A DNA stretch of 64,000 nt, taken from assembly GCF_009914755.1 (NCBI RefSeq), contig NC_060934.1, one strand, 5' to 3'. The stretch is from the human T2T-CHM13v2.0 reference genome, Homo sapiens. The notes beneath the pieces were generated by a model. The model saw only the letters and a list, made by a program, of their open reading frames with translations. It did no database searches and was not told the origin of the DNA. The stretch's first letter is position 1; each line of letters begins with the position of its first letter. This document shows positions 15,360 to 29,179 of this stretch, piece by piece. The position numbers and the translations under genes are program-made.

Positions 15360-15580
15360 AGGCTTATTGAGCGTTTTTGTATGCTGGGAAATTTGTATCT
15401 AATATCTTATGTAATCTTATGAGGTAGCTGTTATTGTATCCATTTTATAGCTAAGAAAATTTAAAACTTCAAGAGCTTAAGAAACTTGCCTAATGTCACA
15501 TGCTTAGTAACATGCAGAACCAGGGTGGGGAAGTTTCACTGGACTCAAAAGATCCTGCTGTCTCCACTATCCACATACTG
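15360..15580 (-). mobile_element. MIR SINE
   Basis: ccattttatagctaagaaaat...aacttgcctaatgtcaca. Confidence 0.65.
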
Positions 15581-16222
15581 CCTCTTTTAAGAAGAGGTTC
15601 CTGATGAGTGTCATCACAATGCAATCAATAAAGTATGGGTATCATTACTGCCCAGTGGCATGGTATACCCCCTGGGAACTCACAAAAAAGAGGCTTCGGG
15701 GACAAAATATCTTCTCTCTCTCCTTCCCCCTCAGGACCTAGTGAGTGATCAGATCCCATTCGAGGCATCCTCTTCAATTATTCCTTATTCGTTATATTAA
15801 AATCTATGTTAATTTCCTTTTTCTTAATACCTTCATCTTCCAAAAACATCCCGCTGTCTGATTAATGTCTCTGAATGAAGGAATACATGTAAAGCTTTAA
15901 CATAGAGCCTGTCATGTAGTCAGTGGCTAACAAATATTAGCTTCCTTCCTTCCTTCACGTGTAAAAACTAAGAAACTCATAAATGTTGGTAGAGTATTAG
16001 ATTCATCTGTCAATATCTTCATCGTTGTTACTATGTGCCCAATGCTCAGCACTATGCTAAGGGTTGAAGATTCAAAAGAACTGTATAGAAACTGGCCTCA
16101 AGAAGTTTGTAGTCTGAGACATAATAATATTTAAACCATAAGTACTAAAATTGTGAGGTTCATGATGTCAATATGAACTATGGAAGTCCTAAGAATGGAA
16201 AAGTAAGCCAAGTGGAATTTAG

Positions 16223-16645
<423 letters not shown>

Positions 16646-17591
16646 CTTATTTTTTAATGGTCACTCTAGGGATTACAGTACTCATCCTTTCTACAGACTA
16701 CTTAAAGTTAACATTTTAATAATTTGTGGGAAATGTAGAAACATTGGAACTGCATGGGTCCTTTCAAAGCTCTTGGCCCGCTCTTAATGTTGTCATACAC
16801 ACTGCATCTACACACATTGTAAATCTCACATTATTTTTATTTCCTTGAAACTATTATGTATTTTAAAGAAATACAGAGGAAAAAATAGAGTTTTACATTT
16901 ACCCGCATATGTACTGTTTCCGAGGCTCTTCACTCCATCCTGTAAATCTGAATTTACATCTGCTTTCATTTACCTTCATTCTAAAGAATTTCTTTTAGCA
17001 TGGCTTGTAGTGTAGATTTACCAGCAATGGATTTTCTTAGTTTTCTTTTATCTGAAAATATCTTTATTTTACCTTCAATCTTTTTTAAAGTGAGGTTTAT
17101 TGAGGAATAATTTTATAGTTTACATACAATATAAATTCACACCTTATGTGTACACTATGATTTTTGATAAATGCATATAGTGATGTAAACACTACCATAA
17201 TCAGTATACAGAATATATCCAAGTTGCCATCATGCCCATATATAGTCAACCACTTCTCCCTCCCCAGCCCCTATAAACTACTGAGATGTTCTCTGTCCTC
17301 CTAGTTTTGCCATGTCTGGAATGGAGTCATATAAATAAAATCAAGTAGTCTAGTCTTTCGAGTCTGACCTAGTTCAAGGAGCTTAATGCATATGAGGATC
17401 ATGCATGTTGCTGCGTGTATTGGCAGATTGTTCCTTTTTATTGCTAAGTAGTATTCCATTGTGTAGCTATAGTTTGTCTATTCACCAGTTAAAGGATATT
17501 CGAATTGTTTTCAGTTTTTAGCAATTATTAATTATAAATAAAGATGCTAAAATGCTCACATAAAGGTTTTTGTGTAAAAAAAAGTTTTCAT

Positions 17592-17931
<340 letters not shown>

Positions 17932-18317
17932 TTATATAAGTTTTTATTTAACTACATAAGAAACTACCAAAGTGTTTTCAAAAGTGGCTGTACCATTACA
18001 CATTTTCATCAGTAATGTATGAAAATTCCTGTTGCTCCCCATTCTTCGGTATGGACATAAAAAATAAGTGGGTTCAAATAAATGTGTAGTGGTATCTCAC
18101 TGTGTATCAATTTTAATTTATCTAATAACTTATGATGTCTCTGTATTGTCTTTTGACTTAACAGTGTGTTTCAAAGAGCAAAAGTTTTCCATTTTGATAA
18201 AGTTTAACATCAATATTTTCTTTCATAGTTTATGCTTCATGTGTTATGTCTAGGAAATTCTAAGAAATCCTTGCCTTGTCCAAGGTCACAAACACTTTTT
18301 TTGCTTTTTATTATAAC

Positions 18318-18485
18318 TTTTTTTTTTTTTTTTTTAGAGACAGGATCTTACTTTGTCACCCAGGCTGGAGTGCAGTGACATAACCACAGCTCAAGGCAAC
18401 CACAGCCCACTGCAACCTCAAACTTGTGGGCTCAAACCATCCTCCCGCCTCAGCCTCCTGAGCCTCCATTAACCACGACTGGCTA
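18318..18485 (-). mobile_element. AluJ partial (right arm)
   Basis: Poly(T) followed by gagacaggatcttactttgtcacccaggctggagtgcagt. Confidence 0.85.
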
Positions 18486-19660
18486 AATGGTCACAAAGAT
18501 TATTTTCGGTTTTATTATTTTTGTTTTATTCTACACATTTTTGTAATTTTAGATTACAGGTTTATGATCCATTTTGCATCAACTATATATACAATACAAA
18601 GTATGTGTCAAGGTTTATTTTTTGGTACCTGGATGTCCAGTTGTTCCAGCATGATTTATTGAAACTCCTTCTTCCAGTGAATTGCCTTTGCACCTGTGAT
18701 AAAAAACAAATTGACTATATATATTCTAGACTCAATTCTGTTCCTTTGGTCTATGCATATATTCTTTCTCCAATATACACTGTCTTACAGTGGCTTTCTG
18801 ATGTGTTTTGAAATCAAGTAATGTCAGTCTTCCAACCACATTCTTTTTTAAAAATTGTTTTTACTATACTGGCTTGTTTGCTTATTCATATAAATTTTAG
18901 AATTAGCTTGTCAGTTTCTACAAAAATATACTGCTAATATTTTGATTGGGGCTGCATTAAACCTATAGATCAATTTGGAGAGAACTGATATCTTAACATT
19001 ATTGAGTCTTCTAATCCATGAAGTTTACCTCTAGATTTATTTAGGTCTTCTTTAATTTCTCTCATGAATATTTTGGGGTTTCAAGCATATAATCATGCAC
19101 ATATTTTATATTTAAAACTATTTCTTGGCTTTTATGCTATAAATTGTTATAAACTGTGTTGGAACTGTTTTTAATTTCAATTTCCAACTTTTCATTGCTA
19201 TTATATACAAATAATTTTTAAATTTTTATTATGCATTTTTTGTTGTTGCATGGATTGTTCTGCAAACCTGAGTTAGTGCAAGTTGCTGGTGCTGTTCAGG
19301 TTTAGTATTTCCTTATTGATCTTCTGACAACTTGTTCAATTGATTACTGAGACAGGAATGTTGAATTATCAAACTGTTATTATGGGTATGTCTATTTCTT
19401 CTCTCATTTATATCAGGTTTGCTTCTGGTATTTGAAGCTATGTTTTTAGGTGCCCATATATATAGGGGTTTTATGACATCTTTGTGAATTGACCTTTTTG
19501 TTACTATGTAATAGTCATCTTTATCCTTGGTAATATTCCTTATTCTGAAGTCTATTTTGTTTTATATCTAGATAGCCACTCTAGGTTTTAAAAAAATTGT
19601 ATTTGCATGGCATATCTGTATCCATTATTTTATTCTTAATGTATATATGATATACATTTA

Positions 19661-19937
<277 letters not shown>

Positions 19938-20741
19938 CTCTCTTTCAAAAAAAAAAAACTGTATTTCTTATGGATAATACATACTTGGGTCTTGCTTTTT
20001 TGTCCTGTCAATCTCTTTAAATTGTTGTAGCTGGAGCATTTATATTTGATGTAATTATTGGTGTAGTCATTTAAATCTACCACCTTTCTAGATATTTTCT
20101 ATTTATTCCATTTCTTCTTTGTTCCTTCTTCCTGTGCTTTTCCCAGGTGAGTCAGTGCTCCCATATCATTGCTCCCTGAAGGAGCTTGTCATTTCTTAGA
20201 TTTATAGCTATTTGTTTGCCCTGTGAACTTAGTGTTCTGGGTTCAAGGAAAGTTATACTTTTGTCATTTATATGACACTTTCTTATTTTTAGGAAGGTAT
20301 TAATGCTGTTTGTAGCTTTCTATGTCTTTGGTAGAAGTGGAACTCATCTTTATTCTTGAAGGCTATTTTTCTGGATACAGAATTCTGGGTAGATAGGTTT
20401 TTCATTTATTATTTTAAAACTGTTGTTCCATTGTCTTTTAGCCTCTGTTATTTCTGATGCAACCTTTGAGGTCCTTCAAATTATTATTCCCGGATATGGA
20501 ATGTGTCATTTTTCTCTGGCTGCTTGGAAGACTGTCTTTTTATCTTTAGTTTTCAACAGTTTGACTGTAGTTTTTCTAAATATGCTGTTTATGTTTTAAA
20601 TATTTTGCTTGAAATTCACTGAACTTCTTAAACTACAAAATTTATATCTTTAGCTAAAATTGAGGAATTTTCAGCCATTATTTCTTCTAGTCCATTCTCT
20701 CATTACTTTTCTCCAATATTAGATATTTTAGTATTTGTTTA

Positions 20742-20905
<164 letters not shown>

Positions 20906-22636
20906 CTATGTGTTAAAAAAGTTTTCCCTCTGTTCTTCAGAGTATATTATTTTTATTGGTCTATCTTCAAGTTCTCTGATTCTTTCTTTTATCATATCCA
21001 TTCTGCATCTAAGCCATCCAGTGAATTTTTTATTTTACATATTTTATTTTTCTGTTTTAGAATTTCTATTAATTTCCTTTTTATAGTTTATGTCTCCCAA
21101 CTAAGGTTTTCTATCTTTTCATTATTATATTTTCATTTCAGTCCTGAAGCATAATTATTTTTTAAATTCTTATCTTTTGATTACAACCTTGGTGTCATCT
21201 CAGAATTAGCCTCTGTTGATTTTCTTTTTCTTTAAAGCTGCTTCATGTTTATTTGTATCTTTATATGACAAGTAATTCTGGACTTTATGCTAGAAATTGT
21301 GATGGATATGTTGTAGAAACTCTGGATTCTATTATGCTTCTTCAAAGGAATATACATTATATATAAATAAATGTATAATGTATATAAAAATGTATATATT
21401 TTATATTATATATATATATATATATTTTTAAGCAGAGACAGCTAACTAGGTTAAGCCCAAAGTGCAAGATGTGTCTCCCTGGCAATAGGTGGCAGCTCAA
21501 TAGGTGGCAGTTATTTTAGCCTTAGCTGGGCTTCTTAGAGTCTGCCCTTCACTTGCATAATTCAACGGTCATCCAGAGATTAGTACATAGAAACATAGCT
21601 TATATGTAGAACTTAGGCTCACCCTTTCTGCCGCTCTTCTTTTCAAGATTCCAGTTCAGTTTCTAGCAGCTGTTATTGACCCAAACTCTTTCCCCAAGTA
21701 AGATTTCTATTCAGTTTCTAACCTTCCTACCCAGCTTTGGCTATGACTTGGTCTCAGGATAAAAGCATGAAAAAAAAAAAAAAAGTTAAACTAATCCCTT
21801 GCCTTCTGCTTCTTCTGAGTATCTAACCTCTCCAGTATTTGCCTGCTTTTGTTTCTTCTCCAATGCCTTCAAACAGTTATTTTGCTTCTTTCTAGAGTCT
21901 ACAGTTATTATGTATGGAAAGGTTGGTAAGACAGAAGCTTATCTGGGAAGTGTGTTTGTAATTCAAACAGGTACATATCTCCTTAAACATCACTTGTGTT
22001 TTTCATGGAGTCTTTTCATCCTCGTTGTTGTTGTCGTTGTTAGGGTTTATTCATTTTAGTTTATATTATTTAAGATCAAGGACTGTTACTTTTTATGTTC
22101 AGTACCACTTTGACAATTGTATTATCTATCTATAGTGGAAGATGCTGGGAACTTGGTAAATATTTAAATGATGAATAATGAGTAAACTTGGCATAGGTTT
22201 TTCTTAGCTATACAGAACATATCCTTGTTGAGAAAAAGTATTCTGTGTAAGAAGACTTAATTAATAATTGCTATTTTTCATTAAAAATTGCCATTAGAAC
22301 AGAAAAAAACACACTCAGATTTCTTAAAAAACAGAACCTCGCTTCTCTTTTAAAATAAAATTATAATTCCATGTATTTAACATTGACTTAAAATCTACTG
22401 GTGTCAAAGCACTTTGGAAAACACTATTTTTGTGTGAAAGGGGAGGATAATTAAAAAAGACAGAAATTCTAAGAACCCTTTTCTGAAAACAAAATTTGTT
22501 TAAAAAGACAGATAAGACATGCTCCCTGCCATCCAAGAATCTAAAATCAAGTTGGGGATACAGACAGAAGTAAATAACTTTAATATAAAGCAAAAAAATG
22601 TTAAGTGCTATATTGAGAATACAACAAACTATTATG

Positions 22637-22850
22637 TGAGAAGACATGGACACATAGAGGGAGGAACACACACTGGGGTCTATTGGAGGGTGGAGGGTGG
22701 GAGGAGGGAGAGGTTCAGGAAAAATAACTAATGGATACTAGGCTTAATGCCTGGGTGATGAAATAATGTGTACAACAAACCCCCATGGCACAAGTTTATC
22801 TATGTAACAAACCTGCACATGTACCCCTGAACTTAAAATAAATGTTAGAA
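22637..22850 (+). mobile_element. L1PA (older primate) 3' end, 5'-truncated
   Basis: catggacacatagagg...G-rich tract...aacaaacctgcacatgtacccctgaacttaaaataaa. Confidence 0.9.
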
Positions 22851-24019
22851 TAAAACTATCAACATCACAGTAAATAGAAAGCAATGCAATCAGTTCAGGA
22901 TTCCAAAGAGTTTTTTGGTAAAGGTAGGATAGATACTGGCCTTAGGAAGAAGTAAAGAGCTTAATAGGTATATATGATAGGAAAATTCATCTTAGAAAAA
23001 TTTGGAAAATTTTAGGCCATGTTTAGGAAAGAGTAGCATGGTTTAATGATAAGACCTAGGACTTTGAAATCACAAAAATATGTATGGCTATGTTCAACAA
23101 TCTAAACTTCCCCAAACCTCAGTTTCATCATCAGAAAAATGGGAAAGTTGAGTAGAGTTCAAATTGTGGAGACTCTGAAAAGGCGGGTTAATAGAGGCCC
23201 ATAGACTGTAGTCAGGGAAGCCTGCTAGTTGGCTATAGCAATAATAAAGTAAAAAGTATTGGCAATAGGACTGAATCCAAAAACAAAAGACTGTGTTTTC
23301 TGTTCCAAGCATAGACTGGAAAAAGATGAAAAAGCAGGAAAAAATATAAAGGATTTGGCCATTGATTCTATGGAGAAAGGAAAGAATGAAACTCAGGAAG
23401 TTTAATGGAAACAGCTAGAACCGATTTAATGAAACAACTCTGAAACTATTGTAAAGTAGATTATATACTATTATTTTATATGGTATATACACAGGATTCA
23501 TTTTTTCTGATAGAAAGAGAATTATTTAAAATATATTTTGAAATAATCATAAACCATTTTAACTAGTAATAGGACTTGAAAGATGCTGCAAAAAGAAACA
23601 ATTTTCAATGTTTGCTAATTTTTTCAATTAAAACTCAAAGACCTTTCTCCATAATTTTGCTTAACAGAATTTTTATATATATATATATTTTTTTACTTTT
23701 CTTGTTCACTGAGGTCTTATTAACATATACTTCATGTTTTCCCATATATTACGTCTGTTTTATAGCAACAATCCACTCATTAACACCTCCTTAGTACTTC
23801 ATTAAAATGTTTTATCCAAATATACTATTGGATTTTTTAATTTGTTTGTTTTGGATAGTGGGGAAATAGTCACAGAAAGGAAATGATACCTACGGTTCAT
23901 AAGCCTGGAAACTCTTACTAAATGCAAACAAGCTGACATTCATAGTTAAGTGACTACAAGAAGCAATAGCTTAAAAATCGTGCTGTTGGACTTCAATATA
24001 TTTATCTTTTGCATTTATT

Positions 24020-24490
24020 AGCATGAATAATAATTCACTAATGTGTGTCTGCTAGGTACAAAACACCATGCTAAGCATAACATACACATTATCTCACTTA
24101 ATTTTCATGACAACCATGTGTGATACTCTGATTATCCCTAAATTAAACTAAAGGAAATTAAACTTCAGAAAAGGTTATGTGCTCATGATTGCATAGCTAG
24201 CGAATGGCAGAATTTAGATCTGAGTCTAGGATCACCTAACTCCCAAGCCCATATGCTTTCTCCTATACCTCATTGCCTCCCCTAGGAAAGAAGAGAAGGG
24301 CGAGGATGGAAGAATATCTAAAAACGAACTGAGTCCTTCCTAACTGCCAAACTATTCCAAGTGCTTTTGCATACACTGGCTAATTGAATTCTCACAACAG
24401 TCATAGGAGGGAGGTTTCTTATTATCCCCATCTTGAGTCATAGGAGGGAGGTTTCTTATTATCCCCATCTTGTATATGAGTAAACCAGAA
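24020..24490 (-). mobile_element. Two MIR fragments
   Basis: cattatctcacttaattttcatgacaacc and aattctcacaacag...attatccccatcttgtatatgagtaaac. Confidence 0.7.
24399..24472. repeat. Perfect 37-bp tandem duplication
   Basis: agtcataggagggaggtttcttattatccccatcttg x2 (24399-24435, 24436-24472). Confidence 0.95.
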
Positions 24491-25649
24491 AAGGTACCCA
24501 GATCTTCCATATGGCATTCAACAGTTCTACAACCAAGATGTGCATAACAATTGAGAACTTTGAGCCAAATAACATCATTTGATGGTCACCAGGAACGTCT
24601 TCCTGGTCCCTAAATATCTTCTCCAAGGTTTTCCCCTATCGAAACAAAAATAATCCTGGGGGCGAGAACACAATAAACTTCATTATCCAACTGCACTGCA
24701 GTGAAACTGAATGACCTTCTGGGTTCAGGGGAGGTGGTTTTAATGAAAGGAGAAGTAGCAGGCCAAAGGCACCCAAGAAGAAAGGGCTGGGGCACACTGG
24801 GAGGAGGAAGAAAGGAGTTACTGAGGATGGTTGAGATGCAGAAAGCCACCCTCGCCCACTTCACGTTTTTCTGGGCTTGGTCTTGCTGCAACCAAACTCA
24901 CATTTGCCATTCACAAATGGAGATAAGACAATTAGGTGAACACACTGTGTTCCAGAGAAGATGCTGAATTCAAGTATTTTGTTTTTATTATTCTTTATTT
25001 ATGAAGAACATAAAGCACTTTGCGTGAGATTAGATGTTAAGAGCTATCCATCTGGCTCTGCCAAATATTAACTCAGGTTAATTGTAGGCTGCTCAATCTA
25101 TCATCCATGTGATGGCTTCACATTTTCAAACAATGTACTAAATGTTCCTCTAAGTTGATATTATTCCCATACTATATATCACATGGGATTTGCCATCTTA
25201 ACTGCATGAGTGTGTAATGCTGTAAGTGACCCTGTGGCAAAAAGACAAGCGCAGAGTGGGAATGACTCAGCTTGGGCCCTGATCATACTACATCCAGGTG
25301 TGATAATGAATTAAGTTAATCTGTGAGTATTTTCTTAACCATAGACTGGAAAACTCTTATTCCCAAGAAGTTATTTTGACTTTTAAGCAGGGAATCCTGT
25401 AAAAGGTAGACTATTATAAACTCTCCTCAAGCAAAATATTTGCTTTATGTAAATAGCCTTCTCAAGGTAATAAATAATTAAGGAACCTCAAAATAAAATA
25501 ATGTATGAAGCTCTGAATCCCTAACCAAAAAGATTTCCAAAGATTTACCTTTGGAAATAATCCATCTCTAAGGAGAAATACTGAAAACATACCAACTGCC
25601 CTAAGTTCCAAAATCATAAGCAACAATTAAGAGCAATAATTAAAATGGA

Positions 25650-25810
25650 GAGTCCTGTGTTGAGGAATTGCAAAGACCTGGGTACTAATTCTTTTCTCCC
25701 AGGCAAGTTACTTAACCTCCCAGAGTTTAGATGTTCATCTGCAAAACAGGAATAACAGCACCTGCTCTGCCAGCTTGCACAGCAGTTGTGAGGATCAAAT
25801 GCAGAGGCGG
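25650..25810 (+). mobile_element. MIR SINE
   Basis: ggcaagttacttaacctc...tcatctgcaaaacaggaataac...gttgtgaggatcaaatg. Confidence 0.75.
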
Positions 25811-25999
25811 CAATAAAAGGGCAGCACCACCTGTACCTCCGAGACAATCCAGGTATACAAGGTACAATGAGGTCTGGCCCCAGGGCTGACCTCAGACTGT
25901 GCCTTAACACTCTGTGTCTTACTGCATCATTTCTGGAAGGTTATTTCAGAAGGTGGTAATTACAGAGAGTAAATTAGGGCTAAAGCAGGATGAGAACTT

Positions 26000-28180
26000 G
26001 CTTGGATGTTCTGTTGAGGAAAGAGAGGTGGAAGGAGCAAAGGGCTCAGCACCCAAAACTCTGGGAATCACTCAACTTTAGAGAAAGAAAGCAAAAGCAC
26101 TTTTAAAATGAGTTAAGTGGAAGACGAACAGACAAATGAGGTAAGCACCCTGTCCTAGAACCTCTGGTTGGAGTGGGTTGAAGAGGGACCTGATAAGACT
26201 AGTGATTTTGTTGTCATCTTAAGAGAGTATCTAAGTAGAAAACTAGTCTGTAAAAATAGATACCAGAAACGAGTTGTGCCTGTCACTGGGTGGTGGGACC
26301 ACTGGTGGGAATGTGTGATTTTTATTCTTTTTGTTTATCTATATTTTCTACTATGAGAATTTCACAATGAGAATGTATTATTTCCATAATGAAATTGCTA
26401 CTTCTGCAAAAAGTAAAAAAAAAAAAAAAAAAGATTTTAAATTATATATTATATGTAAAAAAAATAGATTTTTTTTTTTTTTTTAGTTACTGGGCGCTTT
26501 ATTTTACAGGTAACTTCTATAAAGATGGAGGTTGCTTCTGGCTCATCAGCCATCGTTGATGGTAACCAGTCCTACAATTCTCATTAGGCAGTTCTGTTAC
26601 CCCACTATTTCCTTGGGGTCTGTTGTGCTAAGGACAGGATTGGTTGGGTAAAGGGGTGTGGCACAAATAACCCTCAGGAATACAGGCCACAGAGCTAATG
26701 AAGGGCCCCAAGGAAAGAAAGACCTGCCCATCAGCGATGAATTCTCTCCCCCAGTGCCACAGACCTGAGGGCACGTGACCCAGGAATGTGCATCCAAAGA
26801 TAATACTACCTTCAGAGAACTCTACTTATAGGTAAGTAACTCTCCTTTATAGGAGGTATCTTTGTGTGGCAGACTGTTTATGCGAGCAATTTGAATTGAA
26901 CTTTAAATGAAAAAGCATATCTCTGTAAGTGGTAATAATTTTAGTCATCTCACTGTGGCTAGGGGTTGTGGAATTCATTAGCACAGATTAACATATAAAG
27001 TGGGTGAGATATCTAATAGCAAACGGAGAGGTTTAGGGGCCTTAATTCATCACTGAATGAACAGCGTGTACAGTATTAGGGACTATGAAATTTTTAATTT
27101 ACACAAAGTGTCCAAGAATATAGGGAATAAATTTAAACCCAAAACAGATAATGGAGCTATGCCCTACCTGGCTGGCAAGTTGAATTGTTTTTACACTGAG
27201 TGAAGAAAGCTAATTATCCCAAGCACAAGGAGACTGCTAAAAATAATAAGATTATAAGGAATAATTTGCTGATATAATTACAACAAAATTGGGTACACAC
27301 AATCGTCAGATACATGTATTGCTTGACCTGGGTGAGAAAGTGAAATAAATCCTTCTTCTATAGCCTTCGTAAATTTGTTTTTATCATCTCCAAGTGGTGT
27401 TTGCACAGGCAGCACAATTTGCATGTGTAATGTGGCTGTACAAATTGACAACAAGTAAATTATTCAAGGAAATAGGCTGGTCGCGGGTCTGAACTATCTC
27501 GCAAAGCCTATTCATTTTGAAGAATCACTGAGACGTGAAGCTCATACATCAACCGTTTTCTGACAATCCTCAGACTTATTGTCTCCTAAAATGTCATTAT
27601 GGCTATTATTTATGAAGCTAATTCATTTATTAATATATATTTAACTCTGACTTGTCATGCACCTTAGCAGACATTCTGTGCACTGCATATTTTTGAATAG
27701 ATGAAAGGCTTTTGCATGCTTTAATGATTACTGTAAGCTGCTATAGATTTATAGAATGCAGCTTTATTATCTACTTGCATTAATACCTTTTTATAAGTTT
27801 TTTTTCTTAAGGCCATCAAATATAAATGGCAAATGACATATTCAAAAGATTGTGTGGAATAAGATTTTCCTAGAGTTTGTTGAATTTTAGAACAAAGTGG
27901 GTTATCTGTCAGTTAAGGCCTAATTCACCTAAAAAGATGGGTATATACCAATTATGTTGAATTTTCCTCCAAAATATAGGCTGTGGTTTTTCAAGAAAAA
28001 GGAAAAGATTCATAATTCATTGAGCTCTTTCCTTGTGAGAAGAAAGGCCACTCTTTTGTGTGCTGAAGTTGGACAACAGTTCCCAAGGAAGCTGAATTCT
28101 AGCTGTTTATTGTTATTGGGTTTTGCACTATGCCCTTTATGTTGTCATTAATCAATAAATACGTGTGGAACAAATGATTA
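26000..28180 (+). ncRNA. LINC00867: Candidate spliced, polyadenylated lncRNA (probably LINC00867); exons ~?-26140, 26487/26510-26831, 27980-~28180
   Basis: Donor GAG|gtaagc at 26141, acceptors T16-AG (26486) or ttttacag (26509), donor TAG|gtaagt at 26832, acceptor ...aatatag at 27979, AATAAA at 28154-28159. No long ORF. The name comes from recall of the gene upstream of FAM204A, not from sequence recognition; the 5' end is unknown. Confidence 0.45.
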
Positions 28181-28474
28181 ACTAGATGAATGATCTCCAG
28201 GTTTTCTGATAATGCCATGAGTAAAATCAGTAGAATCAAACATCTACTTAGAATACCATTTTATATAGTTTTGCTTTCTGCTTTAGCACTTCTAACCTCT
28301 AGAGAATGTTCTGTAACTCCCACCATGATTTAAAAATAAGCCATATGTGTATGTAATCAAAATATACAACACACGTTATTTTTACAGTCTGCATAATAAT
28401 ATATCAATACTAGACATGTATTGCTACTTCTTGTTGTCACTGGATAAATTCTGCTCACTAAATGTGACCTTGAC

Positions 28475-28477
<3 letters not shown>

Positions 28478-28519
<42 letters not shown>

Positions 28520-28560
28520 TGAGTGTGTGAGTATGTATGTGTCTGTGTGTGTGTGAGTGT
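28478..28560. repeat. (TG)n microsatellite with degenerate tail
   Basis: About 18-19 pure TG units, then interrupted units. Confidence 0.95.
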
Positions 28561-28904
28561 TTATGTATTGGGAGGCAGGGAGAAGAAACTGAAGAATAAA
28601 AAGGAAGGACGATACAGTTGCCTCAGCTATTCTGTTGTGAGTATGTTTCATGCTAACCATTCAAATATTCACCATATTTCTAACTTAACATTTCTGCATT
28701 TTTGTAGGTACAAATGTAAAGCTCTTAAAGTACCAACCAAGCAGAAAGGCAGCACAGGCAAACCTAACATTCCTGCCATTTAACTATGGATTTGAAATTG
28801 TGACAAACCAGATGCTTCATTTTAAAGATAAAAATTGTACAAAGATGAAAAATGTCATTATATACCTGAATATTATGTTGAATATATTAGTTTTAATAAG
28901 GTCA

Positions 28905-29179
<275 letters not shown>

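Noticed and set aside
26469-26840. Processed-pseudogene 3' end on the minus strand (AATAAA ~13 nt before A16)
   Set aside because: No parent mRNA recognised, no TSD found and no ORF. The T-tract is equally explained as a plus-strand polypyrimidine tract. Not fully excluded without BLAST.
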